Positions 8,711-18,420 are shown, counted from the stretch's first letter. The stretch is 24,186 nt of DNA from an uncultured delta proteobacterium (GCA_963823335.1 CAWGLD010000011.1:1-24186); one strand, 5' to 3'. The notes: a model not told the origin generated them from the sequence alone. Numbers and translations are program-made.

Positions 8711-9298
8711 ATGAAATATAGATTAAATAAAAGCCGTCTACTCGAAATTCTGGGAGAGTGGAACCACTTCCTCAAACGTAAGGTCCACTTGATTGCCTGT
8801 GGTGGTACAGCCATGACTTTGATGGGGGTGAAATCTTCTACAAAAGATGTCGACTTCATAGTGCCCAGGGTTAGAGAGCACGATTACTTGACGAAACAAT
8901 TAAAGGCGCTGGGCTACAAACAGGTAACCGGTTCTGGATGGAAAAGAACTGGAGAAGGCTTCCAGTTCGACATTTTTCGAGGAAACTGTATTCATACAAC
9001 GGAACTGCTGAAATCCCCTCTTGAAGAAGGGAAACACTCCTTGCTGAAGGAATTTTCGCATCTCTTTATTGGCATCTTGAACGATTATGATTTGGTTGTC
9101 AGCAAATTGATGAGAGGGACCACTGTTGACTTTGAAGACTGTCTAAGTTTGACCGAAGCTCATATATAAGAAATTGATATGAGCAGGCTCATCCAACATT
9201 TTTATTCAACGATCAGTTACGATGTGGCTGAAGATCGTTTAAAGTCGAATATCGATCGTTATTTAGAATTGTTGCGGGAGAAGGGGCTTTATGACTGA
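8711..9298 (+). pseudogene. Nucleotidyltransferase (DUF6036/AbiEii-like) interrupted by a premature TAA at 9167-9169
   Basis: GGTAM..STKDVD NTase motif and LVVSKL..G..VDFED. The frame stays open for 42 more codons after the TAA, to TGA 9296-9298, which overlaps the next ATG at 9291. Confidence 0.75.
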
Positions 9299-9962
9299 TA
9301 GAAAACTCTTAAACAGTTTATCGAAACTCGGTTTTTCAATGTTTGAGCCAAGCGAGGAGCTGGATGTCAATGAAACACTGGCAGCGGTAGTTAAGAGCCA
9401 TGATACCCGGCTATGGGAAGGTTTCCCAGTGTTGCTTGCAAATGTGGCTGAAAGTTATCAGCTTGAACCAGAACAGGTCGAACAACGGTTAATGAGCAAA
9501 GAAGAGAAAGATCTCTTTCACCGATTAATGCTCATGTCAGGGTCATTGTTTTCGCACTATCACCTCTCGTTTTCATGGTGGAACAAGCTGCAAAAGGGTC
9601 TTTCCAAAAAAGATAACGCATTGGTCAAGAAATGGAAAAGCGATTTGGCCAACAACCAGGCGCTGAAATGTAATGAAGCAGAGCTTGATCCGGAGCGTCT
9701 GAAAGGACTGTTTGAGCTTTATTTTGAAAAAAGGGCTGAAAAAGGTAGGCGGCGAAAAGAAAAATATGAAGAGTTTTCTTTAGAGTATGCTCTGTCACAA
9801 GTTTTTTCACCAAAGCAAAAAGAACTGTTCAAGAAAAAACTGGAAGGCCTCCCTTTAACAAAAACCGAGCAGGAGTATTACTCTCGGACGGTAAAGAAGA
9901 AAGTGGTCGCGCTGGCGAATTCTGAGTTACATAGTTTATCGAAAAAACTCTTGGGGCTATAA
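9291..9962 (+). CDS. Hypothetical protein, translationally coupled partner of the nucleotidyltransferase
   Basis: 223-aa ORF with AAGGGG RBS and ATGACTGA overlap. Basic, helical-looking C-terminus. No family recognised. Confidence 0.8.
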   Translation: MTDRKLLNSLSKLGFSMFEPSEELDVNETLAAVVKSHDTRLWEGFPVLLANVAESYQLEPEQVEQRLMSKEEKDLFHRLMLMSGSLFSHYHLSFSWWNKLQKGLSKKDNALVKKWKSDLANNQALKCNEAELDPERLKGLFELYFEKRAEKGRRRKEKYEEFSLEYALSQVFSPKQKELFKKKLEGLPLTKTEQEYYSRTVKKKVVALANSELHSLSKKLLGL

Positions 9963-10013
9963 ATCAATTCAGCATATCCTAAACTAATTTAGTCAATTAA
10001 ACAATCTATATAA

Positions 10014-11345
10014 TCAATTATACTCTTTATTTATTTCAGCAATTACATCTTCAAAAATGTTAATCCCTGTATCTAACAACTCATTTTCAATAACAAGAGG
10101 AGGGAAGATACGCACTCCATGGCCACCAGACACTGCTATTAAACCTTTTTTAAAAAGTCTATTTACAATATCCTTACTGTCAATCGGTTCTTTTGTTTCT
10201 CTGTCTTTTACAAATTCGATACAAATTGCGAGTCCTTTTCCTCTGACATCACCAATTATTCTATATTCTTTCTGCATTTCACGAAACTTCATTAGAATAT
10301 AGTTACCAAGCTCAGAAGCTCTTTGAAGCAATTTTTCACTATACAAGATATCGAGGAATGTAATGGCCGCAGAACATGAAACCGGGTTCCCGCCAGTGGT
10401 TGTGCAATGGGCGCCCGCCGGCAAATCCATGATATCGCTTTTAGCTGCTGCAACCGATAATGGAACCCCACCGCCGATCGCTTTTCCAAGAGTTACAATA
10501 TCCGGCGTTATATTGAAATGTTCAATTGCAAGAAATTTACCAGTCCTGCCACATCCTGTCTGGACCTCATCTGCAATGATTAAAATTTTATATTTGTCTG
10601 CTATTTTTTTAAGTTTTGGGAAAAATTCCGGTGGAGGTATGATAAAACCCCCTTCTCCGGCGATTGGTTCAACTAAAATTGCAGCAACCTCTTCTGGTGG
10701 TACAAATTTGTTAAGAACCCATTCCTCAATATAATCAACACACCACAGGTTACATGATGGATAATTTAGTGAAAAAGGGCAGCGGTAGCAGTAGGGGTAA
10801 GGCACTAACGTCACCCCTGGCATAAAAGGATGAAAATGCTGCCTCTGAACTGGAGATGTGGATGAAAATGGCATCGTACCAAAAGTTCTTCCGTGGAATG
10901 ACCCGATAAACCCTAAAAATAGCTGTCTTTTCGTAAAATGCCTTGCTATTTTTAAGGCGGCTTCATTGGCTTCAGTCCCTCCACTCGCCATAAAAAATTT
11001 GCACTTCATTGGCAATATCGTATTTAATCTTTCTGCTAGAACGACCGGTTCGGTGCATGCAAAATCTGTATAAGAATAATGAAGGAATTCTTTAGATTTC
11101 TTGTGAATTGTTTTAATTATTTGTGGATGACATTGCCCAATGTTTAAAACGCCAAGGCCAGAATTAAAATCAATGAATTTATTACCATCGACATCTTTTA
11201 TAATAGAACCTCTGCCTCCAGCAGCTACCAAAGGATAATAAAAAGGCCTATTATAAGGTGCCATGGTATCATTATTTCGCTTAAGCCATTTCCTTGCTTC
11301 AGGTCCTGGTGGTGGAATTATAAGATGGGGTATTTTTTCTTTCAT
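10014..11345 (-). CDS. Class III PLP-dependent aminotransferase (GABA/ornithine omega-aminotransferase-like)
   Basis: Motifs GGTEANE, FHGRT, EPIAGEGG, DEVQTGCGRTG, LGKAIGGG (PLP Lys) and TTTGGNP. GGGAG RBS favours ATG 11345 (alternative 11351). Confidence 0.93.
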   Translation of the reverse strand: MKEKIPHLIIPPPGPEARKWLKRNNDTMAPYNRPFYYPLVAAGGRGSIIKDVDGNKFIDFNSGLGVLNIGQCHPQIIKTIHKKSKEFLHYSYTDFACTEPVVLAERLNTILPMKCKFFMASGGTEANEAALKIARHFTKRQLFLGFIGSFHGRTFGTMPFSSTSPVQRQHFHPFMPGVTLVPYPYCYRCPFSLNYPSCNLWCVDYIEEWVLNKFVPPEEVAAILVEPIAGEGGFIIPPPEFFPKLKKIADKYKILIIADEVQTGCGRTGKFLAIEHFNITPDIVTLGKAIGGGVPLSVAAAKSDIMDLPAGAHCTTTGGNPVSCSAAITFLDILYSEKLLQRASELGNYILMKFREMQKEYRIIGDVRGKGLAICIEFVKDRETKEPIDSKDIVNRLFKKGLIAVSGGHGVRIFPPLVIENELLDTGINIFEDVIAEINKEYN

Positions 11346-11440
11346 GATCATTCTCCCTGAATTAAGAGTAGCACATTGTTGAATATCATTACCTGAAATC
11401 GGCCAACAGGTCTGCGTGTTGATGGACGGGCCGGGGTGGT

Positions 11441-13258
11441 TTAACGCTGATTTGAGTCGGATTTTATATTCAAATCGCGAACCTTCCTGTACAGCGTTGA
11501 TTCACTGATATCCAGTATACTGGCCGCCCTTCGTTTGCCCTCCACCGCATGCCCCGTATGTTTTAAGCAAGCCTCAATTATTTTTGTTTGATACAGATCC
11601 GTCAAGTGTTTCAGCGACTGCTTACCGGTTTTATGGTGATCAGAATAGGGTGGCTCGGCTAAAGGAAAGAGATATTTTTTTGAGGTTAGTCTTGGAGGCA
11701 GGCTCCCGACCTGGATGTTCATGCCCTGCTCTACGCTTACGGCATATTCTATAACATTTTCCAATTCCCTTACGTTTCCGGGCCATGAATAGCTTAATAA
11801 TATATCGAGCGATTCGGATGAAAACCCAACGATATTTTTCCCTATTATTTTATTAAGCTTGTTAAGCGTATGGTTCAGTAGGAGCAGTATATCACTTTGT
11901 CGTTCGCGCAACGGAGGCAGGTGAATGGGAATGACGTTTAACCTGAAATAAAGATCTTCCCTGAACTCCTTGTTCCGTATCATGTCTTCCAGATTTTTGT
12001 TGGTTGCTGCAATGATCCGAACATTGATGGGGATTGTTTTGGTTCCTCCAAGTCTTTCTATCTGATGATTTTGGATCACATGAAGCAATTTAGCCTGAAG
12101 GTGGAGTGGAAAGTCGGCGATTTCATCTAAGAGGATGGTTCCGTTGTTCGCCAATTCGAATTTTCCGGCCTTTCCGGCTTTTCTTGCCCCTGTAAATGCC
12201 CCGGGCTGATAACCGAAAAGCTCGCTTTCGATAAGTGTATCTGGGATGGCACCACAGTTAACTGAAACAAACGGGTTAGACTTTCTATTGCCGATATAGT
12301 GAATCGCGCGTGCGACGAGTCCTTTTCCTGTTCCGCTCTCTCCTGTAATCAAAATCGTTGATAGACTATTCGTAAATTGGAGTATGTGTTGCTTTATTTT
12401 TGTAATCGAAGCGCTTTGACCGACAATTTCGAAAAGCTCTGTCGGGTCTTCAACCTGAATCATTTGGAATATTCTAGACCTGATATCCGATATATCCTGG
12501 AAGGATATCACGGCGCCCGAAAGAATTGTGCTATTGTCTGTTTCTGTGAATATAGGCATCGCTGTGCTGAGGAAATGCATGTCCTTACCTTTTTCATCCA
12601 CATATATCTCCTCCAGGTCGGTTATGGAATTCCCGTGTTGCACTACGTCTGAAAGTGGAAAATTACCCCACAATTTATTGATAGACTTCCCCATCAATTG
12701 ACTTTTTGATTTACCTAAGAGCTGTTCGCCTTGCTTGTTGCAGGAGACGATAATGCCATTGCTATCCAAGGCTATTATTCCATCATGGATTGATTCGATA
12801 ATGGCGCGCAACTCAGAGCTCTTCTGCATTTCCGCCAGTTTGCTGGCAATAAGAGAAGCCATTTTCCTTAAAAAAAGCAATAAATTTTTATCATTGGAGA
12901 GAATTTTATTTTGCTGACCTGAATTAAATGCAACCAATGCAATGAGGCCAATTACTTGGTCGTCAAGTTTGATCGGGCAGCATATTTCAGCCAACTCATT
13001 TTCTTTCGGATGGTATCGGGGGCAGTTTTTAACGTCTTTGACAACGACTTCTTCTCCCGAGAGCAAAAGATTTCCATAAAATTCTTCTTCTGTTAAAATG
13101 CCATCCTCTTCATGGGTCCCTATTTTTTCTTTGTATCTGCCGGTTCCTGCTATGATTTTCAGGTTTTTATCTACAATTTCGGTCTCTATTCCTAAAACAA
13201 CTGTGATGGCTTCTGCAATTTCCATCGAGGCGGTCTGGATCGCCGAAAGGTTCAGCAT
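11441..13258 (-). CDS. Sigma-54-dependent transcriptional activator (sensor + PAS + AAA+ + Fis-type HTH)
   Basis: Walker A GESGTGKG, ESELFG, GAFTGA, LLDEI, WPGNVRELEN, C-terminal LDISESTLYRK, and PAS segment IIESIHDGII. Confidence 0.96.
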   Translation of the reverse strand: MLNLSAIQTASMEIAEAITVVLGIETEIVDKNLKIIAGTGRYKEKIGTHEEDGILTEEEFYGNLLLSGEEVVVKDVKNCPRYHPKENELAEICCPIKLDDQVIGLIALVAFNSGQQNKILSNDKNLLLFLRKMASLIASKLAEMQKSSELRAIIESIHDGIIALDSNGIIVSCNKQGEQLLGKSKSQLMGKSINKLWGNFPLSDVVQHGNSITDLEEIYVDEKGKDMHFLSTAMPIFTETDNSTILSGAVISFQDISDIRSRIFQMIQVEDPTELFEIVGQSASITKIKQHILQFTNSLSTILITGESGTGKGLVARAIHYIGNRKSNPFVSVNCGAIPDTLIESELFGYQPGAFTGARKAGKAGKFELANNGTILLDEIADFPLHLQAKLLHVIQNHQIERLGGTKTIPINVRIIAATNKNLEDMIRNKEFREDLYFRLNVIPIHLPPLRERQSDILLLLNHTLNKLNKIIGKNIVGFSSESLDILLSYSWPGNVRELENVIEYAVSVEQGMNIQVGSLPPRLTSKKYLFPLAEPPYSDHHKTGKQSLKHLTDLYQTKIIEACLKHTGHAVEGKRRAASILDISESTLYRKVRDLNIKSDSNQR

Positions 13259-13289
13259 AAATAAATCCTTCTAAATAAAATTTGTTTAA

Positions 13290-13318
13290 AGCCTATTACA
13301 GTGAAAAAAAAATGTCAA
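13290..13318 (-). promoter_or_regulatory. Putative sigma-70 promoter of the activator gene
   Basis: TTGACA (13318-13313), N17, TAGGCT (13295-13290). Confidence 0.5.
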
Positions 13319-13330
13319 TTGTCATAAATG

Positions 13331-13350
13331 AATTGTCAATATTGACAATT
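13331..13350. promoter_or_regulatory. Putative upstream activator sequence (perfect 20-bp palindrome)
   Basis: AATTGTCAATATTGACAATT, with extra TGTC half-sites at 13313, 13320 and 13353. Confidence 0.7.
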
Positions 13351-13397
13351 ATTGTCTTCTTCATGATATAAACCCAATAAAATCAAATAGATTTAAA

Positions 13398-13414
13398 CCG
13401 GCCCCAAAATTGCA
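13398..13414 (+). promoter_or_regulatory. Sigma-54 (-24/-12) promoter
   Basis: CCGGCCCCAAAATTGCA: GG (13400-13401), N10, GC (13412-13413) in a TTGCA context, divergent from a sigma-54 activator. Confidence 0.75.
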
Positions 13415-13469
13415 TATTAAAGACCAGGTCAATACAAAGGATTAAAACATATTCAGATGGAAAAAGTTA

Positions 13470-14246
13470 TTGTTTTCATTAAATAATAAAGTGGCAGTAA
13501 TTACCGGCGGTGGCTCCGGATTGGGGCTCGCCACAGTTAAACGATTCGTTAAAGCGGGCGCAAAAGTGGTGATTGCCGATATTGCCGACTGCGCCTCGAT
13601 TGCAGATGAACTAGGGTGCCTGGCGGTCACAGCAGATGTTACAGATGAAGCCCAGGTTGAACAATTAATGAAAACCGCCGTTGAAAGCTACGGGCAACTG
13701 GATGTCGTCATTAACAATGCCGGGACCATCATGGAAGAACAGATGATTGATGACGCCCAGACCGTTGATTATAAAAAACTGTTCAACGTCAATGTTCTGG
13801 GTGTTGTTTATGGTATGAAACATGGTGCCCGGCACATGAAGGACGGGGGGGCTATTATTAATACCGCTTCCAATGCAGCAAACGGTGATTTTGCAGGATA
13901 TGGCGCATACATCTCTTCCAAAGCAGCCGTGGTTGGGCTGACCAAGTCGGGGGCCATTGAGTATGCGCCCCGGAATATCCGTGTGAACTGTATCTGCCCC
14001 AACACTATTGATACACCGATGGCCTACGTGGAAGGGTGCGAGACCGAACGACAGGTTGTTGGTGTGATAACGCCTTTAGGACGCATGTGTAAAGCGGAAG
14101 AGGGTGCTGCTCTTTTACATTTTCTGGCAGCAGATGATTGCCGATACATCACAGGGGAAGACATTTACATTGACGGCGGGCTCAAGGCCGGGCCGGCCAT
14201 CGGTATGGTCAATGCTGTATTAAAAAGTCTTGATAAGCAGGAGTGA
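13470..14246 (+). CDS. Short-chain dehydrogenase/reductase, classical, probably NAD-dependent
   Basis: Motifs TGGGSGLG, acidic residue in IADI, NNAG, YISSK and RVNCICP. Start uncertain: TTG 13470, or ATG 13457 if one A is extra. Confidence 0.93.
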   Translation: MFSLNNKVAVITGGGSGLGLATVKRFVKAGAKVVIADIADCASIADELGCLAVTADVTDEAQVEQLMKTAVESYGQLDVVINNAGTIMEEQMIDDAQTVDYKKLFNVNVLGVVYGMKHGARHMKDGGAIINTASNAANGDFAGYGAYISSKAAVVGLTKSGAIEYAPRNIRVNCICPNTIDTPMAYVEGCETERQVVGVITPLGRMCKAEEGAALLHFLAADDCRYITGEDIYIDGGLKAGPAIGMVNAVLKSLDKQE

Positions 14247-14251
14247 TACAG

Positions 14252-14276
14252 AAGAACCTCGCATCAAACTGCGAGG
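14252..14276 (+). repeat. REP-like palindromic repeat, copy 1
   Basis: AAGAACCTCGCATCAAACTGCGAGG with a 7-bp stem. 24/25 identical to the reverse complement of 20641-20665. Confidence 0.8.
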
Positions 14277-14339
14277 AATGTTCTGCCTGATATTATCAGG
14301 AATACACTACTATTTCGGAAATGATATTTGGAGAAAAAA

Positions 14340-15743
14340 ATGGCAGGAAATGATTTTATTCATCCTTACATCCCCAACTCTGTTCCAGAAGTCAGAGATG
14401 AAATGTTAAAGGCAGTGGGTCTGAAGAGCGTTTACGATGTGTACAGTGAAATTCCCGAGCGGCTCCGTTTCAAAGATAAACTGGACATCCCCGAGGCTAT
14501 TCTTTCGGAATGCGCTCTCAAAAGACATGTGGAACAGATTCTTAACAAAAACAAAACCTGCCGGGAGTATCTCAATTTTTTGGGTGCCGGCTGCTGGCAG
14601 CATTATGTCCCTGCGGTTGTTGATGAAATCGTAAACAGATCGGAATTTCTGACCGCCTACTGTGGTGCTAATTATTCAGATATCGGAAAGTACCAGGCCC
14701 GCTTTGAATTCAACAGCCTGATGGCTGAGCTTCTGGACATTGATGCAGTGAGCAACCCCATCTATGACTGGGGTGACGCTGCAGGCCGTGCGATTCGAAT
14801 GGCATCCCGAATTACCGGCAGAAATGAAGTACTGGTTCCCAAACTCATCTGCCCGGACCGTCTGGGTGAGATCCGGCAACTCTGCCAGTTGGAAGAGATG
14901 TCCAATGCCATTACCGTCATCCTAGTGGAACACGATCCTGAAACCGGGCTTCTGGATCTCAATGATCTAAAAAATAAACTGTCGGGTGCCACTGCTGCCG
15001 TCTATTTTGAGAGCCCTTCTTACCTTGGGTTGATAGAAGACCAGGGGGAAGATATCACACACCTTGCCCATGGAAAAGGCGCACTGAGTATTGCAGGTGT
15101 TGATCCCATCTCTCTGGGTATCCTCTGCCCGCCGGGAAGTTATGGGGCGGATTTGATTGTGGGAGATCTCCAGTCCCTGGGTGTCCACATGTTTGCCGGC
15201 GGCGGTCAGTCCGGATTTATCGCTTTCAGGGATGAGGAAATTTATATCGCAGAATGTCCCCTGGAGATTTACAGCATCATGGACACGGTTGTAGAAGGTG
15301 AATATGCATTTGCCGAAGTGCGCTCTCACAGAACCTCCTATGGTTCAAGAGACAAGGGAAAAGACTGGGTTGGAACCGCATCCGGACTGTGGACCATTGC
15401 CAGTGCTGTTTATCTGTCCCTTATGGGGCCCAAGGGAATGAAAGAGATCGGTGAAGTGATCATCAAAAACAGCAGATACACACAACATTTAATTTCTAGC
15501 CTGCCCGGGGTCAGCATAAAATTTTCCCAGCCTCACTTTAAGGAATTCCTGGTCGATTTTAGCGGCACCGGTAAAACTGTTGCCCAAATCAATGCAGCGC
15601 TGCTGGGAAAAAAGATCTTCGGCGGAAAGGATGTATCCGGTGAATACCCGGAACTAGGAGCGTGCGCCCTTTTCTGCGTCACGGAAGTTCACACAAAAGA
15701 GGATTTTGACCGCCTGTACCTGTCGCTCAAGGAGATATTGTAA
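14340..15743 (+). CDS. gcvPA: Glycine dehydrogenase (decarboxylating) P-protein subunit 1-like, divergent
   Basis: Motifs HPYIPNS, FLGAGCWQHYVPAVVDEIVNRSEFLTAY, PPGSYGADLIVG and LFCVTEVHTKED. GGAG RBS before ATG 14340. Confidence 0.88.
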   Translation: MAGNDFIHPYIPNSVPEVRDEMLKAVGLKSVYDVYSEIPERLRFKDKLDIPEAILSECALKRHVEQILNKNKTCREYLNFLGAGCWQHYVPAVVDEIVNRSEFLTAYCGANYSDIGKYQARFEFNSLMAELLDIDAVSNPIYDWGDAAGRAIRMASRITGRNEVLVPKLICPDRLGEIRQLCQLEEMSNAITVILVEHDPETGLLDLNDLKNKLSGATAAVYFESPSYLGLIEDQGEDITHLAHGKGALSIAGVDPISLGILCPPGSYGADLIVGDLQSLGVHMFAGGGQSGFIAFRDEEIYIAECPLEIYSIMDTVVEGEYAFAEVRSHRTSYGSRDKGKDWVGTASGLWTIASAVYLSLMGPKGMKEIGEVIIKNSRYTQHLISSLPGVSIKFSQPHFKEFLVDFSGTGKTVAQINAALLGKKIFGGKDVSGEYPELGACALFCVTEVHTKEDFDRLYLSLKEIL

Positions 15744-17293
15744 TGAAAGGCATTAAACTTAAAAAATACCATGCCCCCAAATATGACGAACCCCTTATCA
15801 TGGAAATGGGTGTTAAAGGACAGCGCGGTATTATGATTCCCCAAGTGGATAAGGAGATAGACAATGCAGTGGGCACCCTTGAAGACCTTGTCCCGGCAAA
15901 GGCACAGCGGAAAAAAGCACCAGCCCTTCCCGAGATCGATCAATACCATACACTGATGCATTATCTCCGGTTGTCCCAGATGACCTTGGGTATGGAGACC
16001 GGCATTGATATCGGCGAAGGGACTTGCACAATGAAATATAGTCCCAAGGTGAATGAAGGACTGGTTCGAAGCCCTCAAATGTCCGAAATCCATCCACTGC
16101 AACCGGAAGAGACCCTCCAGGGAATACTTGAAATTGCCTATGAGCTGAGAAATTATCTGAAAGCCATCTCCGGTATGGATGAATTTTCCTTTCAAACCGG
16201 GGGGGGGGCACATGCCACGTATATCAACGCCTGTGTTACCAGAAAGTATTTCCAGGATCGGGGCGAACTGGGTTCTCGAAATGAAGTCATCACAACCCAG
16301 TTCACCCATCCGTGTAATGCGGCAACACCTTCAACAGCCGGATTTAAAGTCATCATCCTGCCGCACAAAAACGGATACCCGGATCTGGATGCTTTAAAAT
16401 CCATTGTGTCGGAGCGGACAGCAGCCATCCACATGACCAACCCTGAAGATACAGGGCTTTACAATCCTCTGGTGGATGAATTCACAAAAGTTGTCCACGA
16501 TGCCGGAGGGCTTTGTTTCTATGATCAGGCCAACGCCAACGGCATTATGGGTGTGGCCCGGGCAAGGGAAGCTGGTTTTGATGCCTGTCATTTTAACCTG
16601 CACAAAACATTTTCTTCCCCCCATGGATGTGAAGGACCAGCTGCCGGGGCGTACGGTTGTACAGAATCACTTGCCGCCTATCTGCCGGTACCGGTGATCA
16701 CCAAGTTGTCAGGCGCATATCACTTCGATTTTGACAGGCCCAAAAGTATCGGAAAAGTCAGAAGTTTTTTTGGCAACCTTCCGGCGGTCTTGCGCGCCTA
16801 TGCCTGGATCAGGAGCATGGGGCCCAAAGGGATTAAGACCACGGCGGAAATTTCTATTTTGAACAACCAGTATCTGGAACATCTGCTGTCGCAGATAGAT
16901 GGTATTTCCTATCCCTACGCTGAAGGAAAACCGCGTTTCGAGCAAATCCGTTACAGCATGGAAAAACTTAAAGACGAAACCGGCTTTGGTTCGCATGAGA
17001 TTCAGAATCGGATCGTGGATTTCGGTATCCAGTCGTTCTGGCTTTCCCACCACCCCTATGTGGTGCCGGAACCCTTCACACCTGAACCGTGCGAGACTTA
17101 TTCAAAAGAAGATATAGAATACTGGGCAGCGGCGATAGAACAGGCGTGCAAGGAGGCTCGTGAAACACCTGAAGTGATTGAATCAGCTCCCCACAATCAG
17201 GCTATTCACCAGATAAAAGATTTTAACCAGGCAGAGGATGCTGACCGGTGGGCCACCACCTGGCGGGCATATAAAAAAAAGTATAAAAAATGA
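15743..17293 (+). CDS. gcvPB: Glycine dehydrogenase P-protein subunit 2-like, divergent, PLP lysine intact
   Basis: Motifs GTCTMKYSPK, IHPLQP, TNP, YDQANAN, HFNLHKTFSSPHG and EPCET. TAATG coupling to gcvPA. Confidence 0.9.
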   Translation: MKGIKLKKYHAPKYDEPLIMEMGVKGQRGIMIPQVDKEIDNAVGTLEDLVPAKAQRKKAPALPEIDQYHTLMHYLRLSQMTLGMETGIDIGEGTCTMKYSPKVNEGLVRSPQMSEIHPLQPEETLQGILEIAYELRNYLKAISGMDEFSFQTGGGAHATYINACVTRKYFQDRGELGSRNEVITTQFTHPCNAATPSTAGFKVIILPHKNGYPDLDALKSIVSERTAAIHMTNPEDTGLYNPLVDEFTKVVHDAGGLCFYDQANANGIMGVARAREAGFDACHFNLHKTFSSPHGCEGPAAGAYGCTESLAAYLPVPVITKLSGAYHFDFDRPKSIGKVRSFFGNLPAVLRAYAWIRSMGPKGIKTTAEISILNNQYLEHLLSQIDGISYPYAEGKPRFEQIRYSMEKLKDETGFGSHEIQNRIVDFGIQSFWLSHHPYVVPEPFTPEPCETYSKEDIEYWAAAIEQACKEARETPEVIESAPHNQAIHQIKDFNQAEDADRWATTWRAYKKKYKK

Positions 17294-18420
17294 AAAAAAA
17301 GATAGGGCTTATTGTGAATCCGGTTGCCGGAATGGGAGGACGGGTCGGTCTCAAAGGAAGTGACGGCAAAAAGATACACAAAATGGCCCTGGCCCTTGGC
17401 GCTGTTCCTGTATCGCCGAAAAGAACCTGTGAGGCTTTAAAGGTTCTATCCGGAATTCAAGAAAAAATTGAATTGTTTACCTACCCCGGAGAGATGGGGC
17501 AGGATGAAGCGGTTTTGAGCGGGCTTTCCCCTGTTGTTATCGGTTCGATCCGAAAAGGGAAAACAACACCGGAAGATACCATAAAAGCCGCCAGAGAAAT
17601 GGAAACAGCAGGTGTGGATCTACTTGTTTTTACCGGCGGGGACGGAACAGCGCGAAACATCTATGATGCGGTTTCAGACCGGCTTACCGTGATCGGTATT
17701 CCGGGCGGGGTGAAAATCCATTCAGGGGTGTATGCGGCCAATCCGGTCAAGGCAGCCCGGTTGATTACGGGTTTTGTGACATCGCGCGGAAAAATTGACT
17801 TGCAGACTGCCGAAGTTATGGATATTGATGAAGAAATGGTCCGGCAGGACAAAGTGTCTGCAAAGCTGTACGGTTACATGAAAATCCCCTATGAGAGGGG
17901 GTTGAATCAGTCTTCAAAAGCCGGGAGCAATCCAAGGGATGAGGTGTTTCAAGATGAGATAGCCTTAGATGTCATTCACAATATGGAACCCGATGTTATT
18001 TATCTTGTTTCTGCCGGTACAACCACCAAGGCCGTGATGGATAAGCTAAAGCTGAAAGGGACCCTGCTGGGAATAGATGCCGTGAAAAACAAGCAGTTGA
18101 TATCCACGGATCTCAATGAATCGGCGATTTTGAAACTCTTGGCCCGTGAACCGGAAACACCATTTAAAATCATTATAACGATTATCGGCCGGCAGGGATA
18201 TATTTTCGGCAGGGGTAACCAGCAGCTTAGCCCTTCTGTCATCCGAAGCGTGGGAAAAGAGAATATTATTCTGATTGCCACCATCAATAAAATTCTTTCT
18301 CTTAACGATGAACCATTTCTTGTGGACACCGGTGATCCAGAACTGGATAAGGAACTGGAAGGGTATGTCCGTGTTACCACAGGCTTTGGGAAACAGCACA
18401 TTTACCAAGTTTCAGCATAA
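17290..18420 (+). CDS. ATP-NAD kinase family / AcoX-like protein
   Basis: Motifs IVNPVAGMGG..LKGSDG, GGDGTAR, GIPGGVKIHSGVYA and QGYIFGRGNQQLS. ATGA overlap with gcvPB. Confidence 0.88.
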   Translation: MKKKIGLIVNPVAGMGGRVGLKGSDGKKIHKMALALGAVPVSPKRTCEALKVLSGIQEKIELFTYPGEMGQDEAVLSGLSPVVIGSIRKGKTTPEDTIKAAREMETAGVDLLVFTGGDGTARNIYDAVSDRLTVIGIPGGVKIHSGVYAANPVKAARLITGFVTSRGKIDLQTAEVMDIDEEMVRQDKVSAKLYGYMKIPYERGLNQSSKAGSNPRDEVFQDEIALDVIHNMEPDVIYLVSAGTTTKAVMDKLKLKGTLLGIDAVKNKQLISTDLNESAILKLLAREPETPFKIIITIIGRQGYIFGRGNQQLSPSVIRSVGKENIILIATINKILSLNDEPFLVDTGDPELDKELEGYVRVTTGFGKQHIYQVSA

